The notes under the pieces were generated by a model. That model had not been told where the DNA came from and ran no database searches. It worked only from the letters and a program-made list of their open reading frames with translations. 64,000 nt of DNA from Octopus bimaculoides (taxonomy: Eukaryota). Below, one piece after another: positions 40,190 through 53,100 of this stretch. The translations under genes and the position numbers were made by a program. The stretch covers positions 165,067,352-165,131,351 of the forward strand of contig NC_068983.1 in the NCBI RefSeq assembly GCF_001194135.2, in the 5' to 3' direction. Position 1 is the stretch's first letter. The number at the start of each line of letters is the position of its first letter.

Positions 40190-40452
40190 AGCTATATAAC
40201 TTTGATACGAGACACAATTTCAAAGAATATTATCAGTTCCCGGAGTTTACTAAATGAATATTTTTGATAAAATGAATTTTTTTAATATACCGGTATAATT
40301 TTTAAGTGATTTTGTGTCGAATGAATGCATGCTATTACACAAAATAGCTGTATAACTTAGATACGAGTCACAATTTCTAGAATATTATCAGTTTCCAGAG
40401 TTTGTTAAATGAATATTTTTGATAAAATGAAAATTTTTTAATATACCGGTAT
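40190..40452 (+). repeat. Two diverged tandem copies of a ~105 bp unit next to the Helitron relic
   Basis: gct(a/g)tataactt.gatacgag.cacaatttc.agaatattatcagt...aatataccggtat at 40191-40296 and 40347-40452. Confidence 0.85.
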
Positions 40453-40599
40453 TTTTTTTTTATTTTTTTTTTTATGAAGAAGTGATTTTCTTGGTATGAC
40501 TACTTGGAACACTTGCAATAATAACTATGTGATCGCTGCTATTTCTAGCACGCTAAACAAGATAGCTTTTAATGAGCTTTCATTTATATATAATATGCG

Positions 40600-41300
40600 A
40601 TTGAAAAAGAAAATTTAGCAGCATAAGCACAACAGCAGAGTGAAAGACGGACAACTGAATCAGATGAAACCAGGGCAAAGCGACTGAAACAGATGCCTCA
40701 ATATGCATTGAGACATAGACAGGATTCTGTTTTTGCTATACATGATCAACTGATTAGGGTGTCTCGAGAGGAGGATATTTTACTTCAACACAATAATGTC
40801 AGATCACAAATTGTTGATGCAACGCTAAAGGGATCTTTTCTTTGCGATCATGTGGAAAGTAGTGGAGTTGACAACCAATCTAAGACTTCTTACAGAAGGT
40901 CATTCTGATGAAAGAGAGTTTGCTAATTACCTTCTTGATGTAGGAAATGGTAACGCTTCTCTTGAACAAAGCCTAGGTTAATTCAAAATCAAAACTACCC
41001 AATGGCCCTTGCCTTGAAAATGGTACTCTTTCAGATCTATGCGATTTTGACACCGCATGTATCTCAAAAAATGGAATTTACATTTACATTTACACGCAAA
41101 TCATTTCCTGTTAAGCCATCTTTTGCCTTGACGTGCAACAAGGCACAGGGACAGACTTTTGTAATATATCTTCCGACACAATTCTCCTCACATGGTCAGC
41201 TGTATGTCGCATTATCTAGAGTTCGAAAGAAGGCTAATGTAAAAATATTTGCTGAGAGAAATGGAAACAGTATGATTGCTGACAATCGTGTCTAAAAGAC
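40600..41300 (+). mobile_element. Internally deleted Helitron (Rep-helicase N-terminal and PIF1 C-terminal pieces)
   Basis: EREFANYLLDVGNG and FTRKSFPVKPSFALTCNKAQGQTF..YLPTQFSSHGQLYVALSRV match Helitron PIF1 helicase motifs. The upstream R/E-rich ESDETRAKRLKQM resembles the N-terminus. Confidence 0.85.
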
Positions 41301-41436
41301 ATACTACTTTAAAGCAAAATATGCTTTTTAGCAAAATATCTTTTTTCAGTAAATAGAATTAACGCATAAATTGTATGTAAAGTAACATATATTTGTGAGG
41401 AATTAAATTTTTGTGGCATATTTCAACACATGCCGA

Positions 41437-43672
41437 ATGAATGAGATCGTTATATTAGATGAAATAAATGCCCTAATTTCAACAGTGCAGATATTAAGTA
41501 AAGATATAGAAATGAATTTGGGACTAAAGAATGTGGTATGTTTATAATACAAAGAGGCAAAGTAATGTCGTCTGATGGTGTAGAGCTACCCGACGGCAAG
41601 AAAATCATGGACATTGAGACTAATGGATATAAATATCTGGGGATTTTAGAATACGACAAAATCAAGGGAAGTGAAATGAAGGAAAGCTTTTGGCGAGAAT
41701 ATCTCAGAAGAACCAGGTTAATTATAGGAAGTAGACTCAATGGGAAAAACAAAATCAGAGCAATGAACACATGGGATGTTTCCTTAATGCGATACGGCGC
41801 AGGTGTTGTTAGGTGGTGGAAGAACGAGCTTGAGGAAATGGACAGGAAAACTAGTGAGGTGACGACAGTTAACAAGGAACTACACCCCAAAAGCGATACT
41901 GACGGACTGTATGTACCTAGAAACAAGGGTGGAAAAGGTCTCATACGATGCAAGATCTGTGTTGTCAACAAGAAAAACAGTCTGGCATGGTACATCAAAC
42001 AGCAGAGTGAGCCTTGCTTGCCGCTGTTAGAATTAACAATATAATACCTGTCGAAAATGTGATGCACCCACAAACATTTAAGAAACATTTAAGATGAAGA
42101 AGAAAGAGTAAACAACTGGAAAAGGAAACAAACTGCATGGACAATACCTCAGAGAAATCGAAGGAAAACACAAGATCAACACTTGGAGATGGTTAAGAAA
42201 AAGTGATCTGAAAAGATGCACTGAGGCATTGATGTGCAGCGCTCAGGAGCAAGCTCTGAGAACTAATTACACCAACAGATAAGAATAGCGAATCGCCTCT
42301 TTGTAGGATGTGTGGCAGCAGAAACGAAACAATTTCATATATTGTGAGTGAGTGTAGCAAGTTGATCCAAAAGCACTACAAAAAGAGGCACGATAACGTG
42401 ACTAAGTTCGACCACTGGAGGCAATGTGAAAAGCACGGCTGAACAGAGCACGGAAATGGTACGAACATGAACCAGGAGTCACCGAGAACAAGGAACATAA
42501 GATACTGTGGGATTTTTCAATCCAATGTGACTCCCTAATCAACGCTCTGATAGCAAATATTGTTGTGACAGATAAAGGAAAACAGGAAACCACGATCATA
42601 GATATTGCAATACCTGGAGATGCACGCATAAGTGACAAAGAACTAGAAAAGATTGAAAATTATCTATCTAGGTCATCCGTCAGGACGCCCCAAGACTGTT
42701 TCCACATGTTTTCCCCATTCATCTCGATCTTCCATAATGGTCCTCAGCTCCTGTATCCCTTCCATACAAATATCCTCCAGCAAGTTCTCGGTACGGGTCA
42801 TCTTCCTCCTTCCTCTCCTGGTTCTTCCTTCTGTTGGTTGCCAGAACACTAGCTTGTTAGCAATTTCATCAGTGTGGCTGATGCAGTGTCCAGCTAACCT
42901 CATTCTTCTATGCTGTATCTTCAGTGTTACTTTTGGTAGTCCCTGGTATAAGTCGGCGTTTGTTGTTTGACTCTTCCAGAAGACATTGAGTGCTATTCTA
43001 AGCATCCTCGTATAACAACCGTCCAACTGCTTCTTCAATGCTTTAGTGAGCGTCCATGTTTCAGCCCCATATAGAAGAACAGACTCCACTATTGCCAGAA
43101 ACAACCTCACTTTCAATTTCCTTGCTAACTTTGAACTCTATACCTTTCTCAATTTATGGCTTGCACTCCAGGCAAGAACTTTCCTTGCTATGATGCCTTT
43201 TTCAGTACTTTGTGTCCACGCACCAAGGTATTTTCAACTACCTTGAGCGACTTACTGTCTCTCATTTTCACTGACACAGGCAACCGAAACTCCTATGAAC
43301 CCACGTGTTGAAAAGTACAGACCACTAAAAGACGAAATTGCAAGAAGGTGGACTTTGAGGAGACTGTCTATCATTCCAGTAGTTGTAGGGGTCACTCGGA
43401 GAACTAGGAACCGAGTCCGAGAAATAAGTAAAAGAAATCGGAATTGACATGAGAGCAAAGCATGCCCAAAGAACTGCTCTGTTGGGGACAGCTAGGATTT
43501 TGAGATTGGTATTTGGATGTTGAATGTCTCCCATGATAATTAACTACCAAGTATCAAAGGCTATATAAGGTACAGAAAGATTCCTGTGAGACCTCTGACA
43601 GCAGGCTGCTATCCGCTCTCTACCAGAGCAGACAAGATCGAACATTTTGAAAAGTAAAACGATAATAATAAG
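41437..43672 (+). mobile_element. R4/Dong-clade non-LTR retroelement 3' half (RT end, CCHC, REL endonuclease), interrupted by an RTE
   Basis: YKYLGILEYDKI...SRLNGKNKIRAMNTW...ELEEMDRKT; CRMCG...IVSEC..RHDNV; ILWDFSIQ...IIDIAIPGD...ELEKIE. The frame resumes at 43315 as KYRPLKDEIARRW...QRTALLGTARILRLVF, and the element ends at gataataataa. Confidence 0.9.
42660..43307 (-). mobile_element. 5'-truncated RTE-clade LINE nested in the Dong element
   Basis: Minus-strand ...KVRLFLAIVESVLLYGAETWTLTK...LDGCYTRMLR...RMRLAGHC...WQPTEGRTRRGR. (GATA) tail at 42660. 7 bp TSD ttgaaaa at 42653-42659 and 43308-43314. Confidence 0.92.
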
Positions 43673-43842
43673 GACAATTGATCAGGTGAGTCGATCAAGT
43701 GAATGATCGGATAATTTATCCAAATGCTTGTTTGTATTGTTTATAAAATTTGTTGTTCCCAGAAAGTTCTATTTATCCTTTTCTGTTTAAAAAATCTCTA
43801 ATAAGTATTAATAAAGCAGGTAACGAAACCTATCAAACAGCT

Positions 43843-43955
43843 TCACATCTATAATGTTATATACATCTATAATGTTATATACATCTATAATGTTATATAC
43901 ATCTATAATGTTATATACATCTATAATGTTATATACATCTATAATGTTATATAAT
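43843..43955 (+). repeat. 18 bp minisatellite (acatctataatgttatat) about 6 copies
   Basis: Directly visible tandem array. Confidence 0.95.
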
Positions 43956-44449
43956 GTTATATTGTGTGTGTTTATTTTTATTATTCTTTTCATTAAATCC
44001 ATTTAAGTGATACAGACGTTTTCGAATTAATAAGTTATTAGCTTCAAAATGAAAGCATGTGTCAAATTTCCTTTGGAAGGTTTCCTTTGATCTATGAATA
44101 AATCAAAACGAATGTATTAATTCATAAAGAATTATGAATAATGTATAACCTGCAGCTGTTGCCTTATAAGGGTTTTGTTTATTGACCATTGGGTATTGCA
44201 TGTAATTGACGCTTAGAGTAATTTCAGTGGAAAACATTGGGACCTGTTCCAATATGGTATAACAATGTTTGATTAGACTTAATGTGTGCTTTCCATGCGA
44301 AACTGCTAAAGTTACATAAGAGACATGTTCTAATTACTTCAGGCTTCAAAGGAGACTAGTCGTCTCTGTTTATATATGAATACAAATAATGCACACATAA
44401 GCAAAGATGCACGCATACACATATATACACGCACACAAATACACACACG

Positions 44450-44485
<36 letters not shown>

Positions 44486-44487
<2 letters not shown>

Positions 44488-44710
44488 CATCATCATCGTT
44501 TAACGTCCGCTTTCCACGCTAGTATGGGTTGGACGATTTGACTGAGGACTGGCAAGCCAGAAGTCTACACTAGGCTTCAATCTGATTTGGAAGAGTTTCT
44601 ACAGCTGCATGCCCTTCCTAACGCCAACCACTCCGAGAGTGTAGTGGGTGCTTTTACGTGCCACCGGCACGAAGGCCAGTCAGGAGGTACTGGCAACGGC
44701 CACACTCAAA
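44486..44710 (-). mobile_element. Short interspersed repeat with (CAT)n end, RTE-type tail
   Basis: catcatcatcgtttaacgtccgctttcc...gcccttcctaacgccaacc. The trinucleotide end is typical of RTE-derived 3' ends. Confidence 0.6.
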
Positions 44711-45317
44711 AAGAAAAAAATGTATAAAACACCCCCACCCCACCTCATTCATGTTAGGCGCTTTCCATTCCTGTATTTTTTCTTCCTCGTTTGAACGTAT
44801 CCATCCGAGCTGATAGAATCTCCTAATACAGCGAAACTGAAATGTAAATGACCCGCACTTAAAATTATATTATGTCACCTGAGGAGTCTTCTTTGCACTG
44901 TGCGTGGAATCTAGTGTTGTTGCACCGTTCCACGCCCACGAGGGAGTAGTGCATCGTGAAGACGAAACAATTGTCGTGATAATAAATTGCTTTTTGGCAC
45001 ACGCCGTCTTCTCTGTTAATCTTTAATATATACCCTTCGTGTCCCCTGGAATTTCTGGAAGCTGCTCCAACGATGAATACAAAGTATCGCTGGTGACGCC
45101 TGGTGGCCACAAGTGGGGAACGTGCTCTGAGAACACACGACTTATCTTGAATCAAGGTTTCGATTCTGCGTTTAACGCACACTTTCTAAACCTTAATCCT
45201 TGGTGGTCCAAATCGGATTCGCAATCTATGTGGATGTCTTTTCAAAACATTGTCTGGTTTAAAAAGCCACATCAGATGCCATGATGGATCTAAGGTGTAG
45301 GTGCAGGNNNNNNNNNN

Positions 45318-45348
<31 letters not shown>

Positions 45349-45375
45349 ATGTAACCATAACCATATCCATTAGAT

Positions 45376-45409
<34 letters not shown>

Positions 45410-47242
45410 TCTATCAAAGACTATCTTTCTAACTTAGCAAGCGACGTCGATGGATTACGGATTCCTCACATCTTCCCGAAAATCCTGTCAAGAGACTTTA
45501 GCTGAGAAGTTGGAAACCCACTAGTTTTGCTGGCCAGACAAGAGTATCACAAACAGTTATAATCTTGGGTTTTATCGCGAATCTTCAGCATGGCTGCGTG
45601 GTTAAGGCGCTCGCTTTGCAACCATATGGATTCGAGTTCAGTCTTACTGCGATGTATGATGGGCTAGAGTCCTTTTATTTTCCTTCCAGGGTCGGAAAAG
45701 TGAAGTAGAAACCATGTATTAGCATAGATAATACCGACTAATCCCAAAGCCATAATATCAAGCGTTGAAAGAATGGATTTTACTTCATGTCTGTTCAAAT
45801 ATTTGTTTTATTTCTGAACCCGTTTAGGCGGCGAGTTGGCTTAGCGCTATTTTCGTCCGGCTCTTTACGCTCTGAGTTCAAATACCGCAGAGTTCGACTT
45901 TGCCTTTCTTCCTTTCGTAATCGACTTACCAATTCCTTCAAAATTAGTGACCTTGTGCCAGTATTGGAAAGGAAATATTTCTAAACAACTCCAAATAAAG
46001 TTCGGGTATTTTGTTATAAGTTGAGAACAAGATTTGAGAGACTGAAACTAGTGTTAAGAGAATTTACAGAAGATTTGGGACAGCTAACACGACCAGAACA
46101 TTTGTTATTTGACTCTTAAAATGCAGAACTACATGACTTAATGCTTTTAGTTTAGCACGACAAAGTTACAACCTATACGCCATCCTTGTTCCACTTCAAT
46201 ATTTCCTTCTTACAAATATATTTGAAGCCAGTATTTAGTTGAAGGAGAGATATAAATGATTAAGTAGATCCATTATTTATGCATAGCTTTGGATATTGAT
46301 CCCTACTGGATCAAAGGTCGTACTTAAAATCGAAGTTGGTATGGACATAAGTAAATACAATTGTCTGTTTATTGACACGCCCTCCAGTCTCTGCCAATTT
46401 TCTCAATGTAGTCTCGTTGTAATCCACTGATTGCTTAACAGCAATCCAACTCTGTGGTGGTAGTTTTGTAACATATCAATAAATATATAAACTTGTATTT
46501 ATATTTTAATATATTGAATTCCTGCATGAAATAATGATTTATATCACGCAGACCAAATCAAAATACGCACACATATAAAATGTAATGTTCTGTTATGGGT
46601 GGGATCGACAAAAAGCATTCCATCCAGTGAGATATAAGTATTATTCAATGCACAAAGGATTTTAAATAGAGATACTCTTAGTTTCATGCCTCTGAAAATA
46701 TAATCATCGAACAAGCGTGTTTTTTTGGACAAGTGTATATTTCCAAGCGATCATTCAGACTCGTAAGTTTGACTCATTGCCTGAAAATAGACGGCACGCA
46801 AAACAAGCTTGTCCAACCGTTGTATGTTTAGATGTGAGAAACTGATAGTCGCTCGTATTTAAATCCTCCTGTACATATACATGCGTGTGTGCGTGTGCGT
46901 GTGCGTGTGCGTGTGCGTGTGCGTGTGCGTGTGTGTGTGTGTGTGTTGTAAGAGGAGGCATATAATTTCGATACCGAATACCGGCAGATATCGAATTTAT
47001 GTGTGTAAAATGCTAAGCACCTTCAAATGGTGCCTTTTTTGTTAAATTTCCTTTAACACACACCCGATGTTACAATGCTATTGCTTATGTGTGTATTTAT
47101 ATATATAGATATTATGGATTATAAACTTTTCTTCTAGGTTTTATAGATTTTTTAATTCGTATTTTGTAGAGTACGTTTTTCTTGATGGTGTCTCATCTCC
47201 TTCATTGTTTGGATTGCATCTTGGCGGTTCTTATCTAAATTA

Positions 47243-47304
<62 letters not shown>

Positions 47305-48248
47305 CGTACATATGTATCTCTATACGCACATATATTAGTATTACCTACAAATAGGCATAAAGAATAGCGCACAAAAAAATAACAAACGATGTAAAGTTAG
47401 CGAATACATGTATACATGTGCCCATAGGGACATGCAAGACCATTGTCGACGTGCACAAACGACTACAGTGCAATCCAATAAGAGAGTAATATAATTATAT
47501 TCAAATATATTAAAATAATCATACATAGTAGAATAGTAAAAGAACGGGGGCGGGATACAGGTATGAAAAATGAGGTTATACATTATAATATCGTTAGATT
47601 ACGTGATAGGCTCAAGTAAGTCGTAGATAATTCCTAATGCCGTTAAATTACATGCAATATAAGATTGTTAACATAGAATTTAGGGAGTGGGGTTACGGGC
47701 TTATAAAAATGCCTAAGTTAACTCAAAGGTGAGTTAACCGGGAATTTATAGAATTACCTAACAGGTTTAAAATATGCAGATACTCGTCGAAGCAATTCAG
47801 TCTTAGTTTCGCTTGTCTATTTAGGAGGCCACACTGATGTTGTAATAGCTTATGGCATGATCTGCTGCCATAACTATTATTAGAATATGGAGAAGCCCTT
47901 TTAAATGTCGCACGTAACTTCAAATTGTATATTATCGTCTTTCAATTGCCATATTTTATCAGTTAATCAGGTGCTTGTAGCTTTATGGCGGTGTTCAAAT
48001 GAGGAGATATGATTATGTAATCTTACTTTGAAAGCAAGTGATGAACCGTCTATGAGGGTGAAGGTATTATTATTGGCTTTTACGATAGATTTGTAATCGA
48101 TAATGTTTATGAGGCAGGCACCTTTAAGCGAACATTCAGCTGGTGCAGGATCTCCGACTCTATTTTGTATTCTTACTGCCTAAATTTTAAATACCTGATC
48201 CTATTGGATCCTGCAAATTTTGTTGTTGTTGTGTGTGTGTGTGTGAGA

Positions 48249-48307
<59 letters not shown>

Positions 48308-48502
48308 CCTGGTAGTATATAAAGCTAGGGTATTGCCACTGCATCACTCAACCTGAGTTCTGGGCTATCAACACTGGCGGATTCCAGACTAATAACGAAA
48401 TTCTTCATGTGTAGAAAACCTGCTTCACCGACGGTAAAACCGTTATGTGGGTTTAGCAAAGAGTGAAATGTACTCCAAATAATACAAAGAGATACTTTAA
48501 CA

Positions 48503-48776
48503 CATCTTCAATGAACAGTTCCAATTGTTTCAATACTAACTCTGTTTTCAACGCCAGTTTACGTAAAAGTTCGAAGTGAAAATTTACGATGTAAGCAAAA
48601 AACAATGTCTGGAAGATGCACAGTGTAAGAGCGCAGCTTTGATGCAAGTCTGGGGAGGTGCCACACTAATATCTAAAACTGGAAATTTTAAGAACGTTTT
48701 GACGTCGAACTTCTACGTAAACTGGCTTTAAAAGTAGAGCTGGTACAGAAACAATTGTAACTGATCATAAAAGATG
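48503..48776. repeat. Imperfect 72 bp inverted repeat pair (old MITE-like)
   Basis: 48503-48574 versus the reverse complement of 48705-48776; both contain gccagtttacgta.aagttcga and caattgtttc. Confidence 0.75.
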
Positions 48777-48897
48777 GGTTAAAGTCTTTCTCTGTCTCTT
48801 TTNNNNNNNNNNNNNNNNNNNNNNNNNNNNNNNNNNNNNNNNNNNNNNNNNNNNNNNNNNNNNNNNNNNNNNNNNNNNNNNNNNNNNNNNNNNNNNN

Positions 48898-48934
<37 letters not shown>

Positions 48935-49518
48935 AAAAGCCTGTTACGAGTTCAAATATGCTTCAGGTATAATCAAACCCGTGTAAAAACCATTATTCAC
49001 TTAATCTTCTTATGGAGAATGTTTCTCCGTGACAAAATATAGTGAATAGCTTTCTTATGGGTTTAGATATGCCTCAAGCATGTTCGAATTAGTAACAATT
49101 TTGTATTTATACACACATCACTGCATACATGCATACATACACAGACAGGCAGACAGACAGATAGGTACTCACATATATATAATATGTTATATCATTATAT
49201 TATATTATATATATACTGTTTAGAATTTGTGTGAATGTGTATAGAATAGTATATCAGTTGAATAAAGTTAAAATATGGTCTGGTTTCCATGTTTTTTATT
49301 CTGGTATTTTAACATTAAAAAAATATTTTGTAATGCTCATATTATAAGTAGTGAAGAAAATAAGAATGCCGACACATGGGTGATCATGTAATATCCTATT
49401 TTGAAAACTGTTTTGATTATTCTGTGTTATTTCATATATTTTTGTAGTGTAATTCGAAGTAGCATAAAAGCTCTTTTCAGTTACCTAAGGTTTTCTCACA
49501 ATTTACTGTTAAGATATC

Positions 49519-49751
49519 CAGAAATCCCTCGACTATCGCGGATGTCACGATAGATGAAAATCCGCGAAGTAGAAACAGTACTGTACTGTATATACGTTTT
49601 TTACTATTTTTATAATTTGTATATATTTATTTTATTATAAATGCAAAACAACATCATGGAGGGATCGACATGAGCTTAAATTAAACCGCGATATGTGAAC
49701 CTCGATAGGTGAACCGCGATAGATGAACCGCGATATGGCGAGGGATTACTA
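49519..49751. mobile_element. pogo/Tigger-type MITE
   Basis: TIR cagaaatccctcgactatcgcgg / ccgcgatatggcgagggattact, with four subterminal aaccgcgata-like repeats near the right end. Confidence 0.75.
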
Positions 49752-50256
49752 TGCCATAGTTTGTCGGTAAAACCACAAATGGAAGGACAGAATGAAACTA
49801 GTTTAAACGAAGTGGTAGTTTATTTAGCAAAATAAAATGGCTCAAATACAACTCAATAGAATGGAACTCTTGTAAAAGTCTATTTTCACACTTAAGTTCC
49901 GCACAACAAAAATCACTTCTTTCTCACTTAGAAACGCCTGGAACTCTTTCACTTGTGAGTATTTGATGGACATTGACGGTGCAACATCCAGTAGTGGTTG
50001 GTCATCATATTCCATCTTCCCTGATATCTTTTTCTTTTCTATTTCCTTCGTCCTGATGGAACTTTCCATCCAACTTCTCACTCTCATGCTTCACGTTTCC
50101 CGAAAAGAAATCGAAATTGGTAGGAAGGAAATAAACCTCAATGCTCATTTTACATCATTTCACTTCAAACACTTTCACTGTTCTTCCAACTATATTTTCT
50201 AGTTTGGATACTTGTTATTGACCGAGAAGTTCTTTGTCACATCTTTAAAACTAATC

Positions 50257-51133
50257 TACGACGGTGAGTCAAAAAGTAATGCCATTTTGTTTAGAAACAT
50301 GTATCATACATCAAAATGAAGCTGGGCTGGTCCTCTGTGAATCACATCCCTACTTCTCAACATAGTCACCGTTTCTCTCAATAGCAATGTTCCACTTTCG
50401 AATGAGAGCATGTATCCCTGCCCCGTAAAATTCTGTTGATTGTTCTTTGAGCCACTTCTTCCCTATAGTTTTCATTTCCTCGTCACTGGACTATCATCTC
50501 TTAGGCCCTTAAAAGAGGGTTTGAGAGGCAAACATTATTCCAGTGATGAGGAANNNNNNNNNNAACAATATTAACCCCAACATCCAATTTACAATGGAAT
50601 ATAGCAAGGAACAACTCCCATTTCTGGACCTTTTGATTATAAAAAAAACCAACAACCAAATTGCAACTGACATCTACTACTAACCAACAGGCTCAAAACT
50701 ATCTCCTTTTCAACTCATGCCATCCTAAACACACTAAAATAAATATCCTATTTAATCTAGCAAAAAGGATCTGAACAATTGTATCTGACACAACCACTTG
50801 GGAACTTCGCCTACAAGAACTCAAAATAACACTCATTGAACATCAATACCCACCTACACTTATAGAACATGGAATTAAACATGCCAAGAAATTGGACACA
50901 AATACACTAAGGACAACAAAACAAAACACCACAAGAACAGTCAACAGAATTTTACTGGGTAGGGATACATGCTCTCATTCGAAGGTGGAACATTACTATT
51001 GAGAGAAACAGTGGCTATGTTGAGAAGTAGGGATGTGATCCACAAAGGACCAGCTTCATTTTGATGTATGATACATGTTCCCGTGTTGGTAATTATACCT
51101 GTCCTAAACATTACTTTTTGACTCACCCTCGTA
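50257..51133. mobile_element. Second fold-back mariner MITE copy, interrupted by a gap and a Penelope fragment
   Basis: Left arm and centre (50259-50553) and right arm (50933-51131) are colinear with 7934-8485. TA at both ends. Confidence 0.88.
50564..50932 (+). pseudogene. Penelope-like element RT/thumb fragment
   Basis: NINPNIQFTMEYSKEQLPFLDL...DIYY*PT..YLLFNSCHPKHTKINILFNLAKRI...LQELK...QYPP is a typical PLE post-YxDD region, with stops and frameshifts. Confidence 0.85.
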
Positions 51134-51559
51134 TGCATCTTTTTCAGAATCATTAAGAATATCGAAGGCACTCTTTGTTCCTGTTGTAAGCTTATTCCTA
51201 TTTGGCCATTATTTTTTTAGACCGATGGAGGTTCCTTGCTCTGCTGCCTCATGCACGTAAGAAAAAGGAAACTTTGTGAAGCCTGACTTTTGTCCAAACA
51301 ACATGCAAATCAATTTTCAAGTCGCTGCAAATCATCCAGTTGTGATCTTTGAATTTAATCTTGTGTAAGAGTGACACCAAATTTTCATGTTTCCTTCATG
51401 ATCGCTGAGTGTCCATCAGCGATGGTAGCTTATCTTTTACCATTTTGCAGTAGAATAGCTTCTCTTAGAAGAGTCAATAGAGAGTTTCCATTTATCAACA
51501 CTTATGCCAAACTTACGTTTTAGACATCATGGGCCTGTGTAATAAACCAAATCGTTTTC

Positions 51560-51645
51560 CACATTTATGGAATAGACGAAGGAGGAACTCGCCAGCATAG
51601 ACAGAAAGACTAGGAAGATAATGGCTATGCATGGGTGCCTTGATA
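51560..51645 (+). pseudogene. Small R4/Dong RT fragment ending in (ATT)n
   Basis: EELASIDRKTRKIMAMHGCL parallels ELEEMDRKT...LHPKSD in the long Dong copy. Confidence 0.6.
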
Positions 51646-51948
51646 TTATTATTATTGTTATTATTATTATTATTATTATTAAGACCGCGAGCTGGCAGAA
51701 TCGTTAGCGCGTCGGACAAAATGCTTAGCAGCATTACCTAATGAATATCCTTCATTGGGTTTATTTAGTATCGTCAACGAAGGAATCAGTGCGATTGCAA
51801 ACACAATCGCAGAGAAGTTGCCCTTTTGAAAGGTTCTCTTTCTGATCTGCTAATCTGTATCTTCCTCATGTCAAGTCTTTTCTCCAATGTCTCATTGCAT
51901 TTTCTCACGGCTATCTGACGTATTTTTGATCATCCCCTGAATTTTATA

Positions 51949-51993
<45 letters not shown>

Positions 51994-52805
51994 GCTTCCC
52001 ACTCTTCATTACTTCACGCTAGTATTTTTCCACAGACTTTTCGATATTTAAACATTTATCTACAATACTTATTCAATGTCCACTTCCATTCACGCGGTTT
52101 GTTTCCATACACAGATTTATCTACGAAAATACCTAAACTAAACATAATCACAACTTTTACTTTATTTTTCTTTTTATTTCCGTTTCTTTTTTTCTTTTTT
52201 GATATATAATATTCGATTATTAACTTTAACCGTTTCACAAATTAAGTTCTTCGTTGAAATAACAAATTTTTTCGTAAAAATTCAGTCTCTTAACTTTCAC
52301 CAAATTGTTTTTTTCATTAAGCTGGTTTCTAACATTTCGTTATAATTAATATTTAAGTTAAATCAATTACTTTACTAATCATAATCTTGCTAATTATATT
52401 TCAATTTTAAAAATGCTTTAACTGCTTAGTAACAACTTTTAAAATGTTTTGTTTTGTGTTGTTTTTTTTCAGTTATTTACATTCTATTATTTATTTATTG
52501 TTCGTACAACTAATATTTCGTCGTTTGATATTAAGTTTTAATTGTTAGTTATGATTTAGTTATGATTTTAAATAATAATATTTTATGAATAATTGAACTA
52601 ACCTCTTTCGCATTATCTTCCTTTCGACTTCTATTGCAGTCTAATGCTTACAGACATTTAATATTTTCAAGTTACTTACGTTCTGAGTTCGAATTTCGCC
52701 GAGGTCAGAATTTGGCTTCAATAAACCATATTGTCTACAACATGGATTGAGTATTTCTCTCATTTTTTAAAAAATATAATCCAACGATCGTCTACAACTA
52801 TATAG

Positions 52806-53100
52806 TGGAGGTACATGGCCTAATAGTTAGAGCAGTCGTCGAGGGATCGCGGGTTCGAATCTCAGACCGGGCGATGTGTGTGCTTATGAGCAAAACACCT
52901 AAGCTGCATGCGGCTCCAGCAGAAGATAATGGCGAACTTCTACAGACTCTTTCGTCTCAACTTTCTATCACTCTTTCTTCCTGCATCTAGCAGTTCAGCT
53001 GAGACGAACCGGTGTCCCGTCCAGGTGGGGAACCTACACGCCAAGAAACCGGGGAACCGGCCCTTATGAGCCAGGCATGGCTCGAGAAGGAATAAACAAC
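52806..53100 (+). mobile_element. tRNA-derived SINE sharing head/centre with 31201 but with a third tail type
   Basis: B-box ggttcgaatc and centre gagcaaaacacctaagct. Tail gtcccgtccagg...gaaaccgg...atgagccaggcatggctcgagaagg. Confidence 0.75.

Noticed and set aside
43843-43955. Regularly spaced short repeats considered as CRISPR-like
   Set aside because: It is a head-to-tail 18 bp minisatellite with no spacers, in a eukaryotic context with no cas genes.
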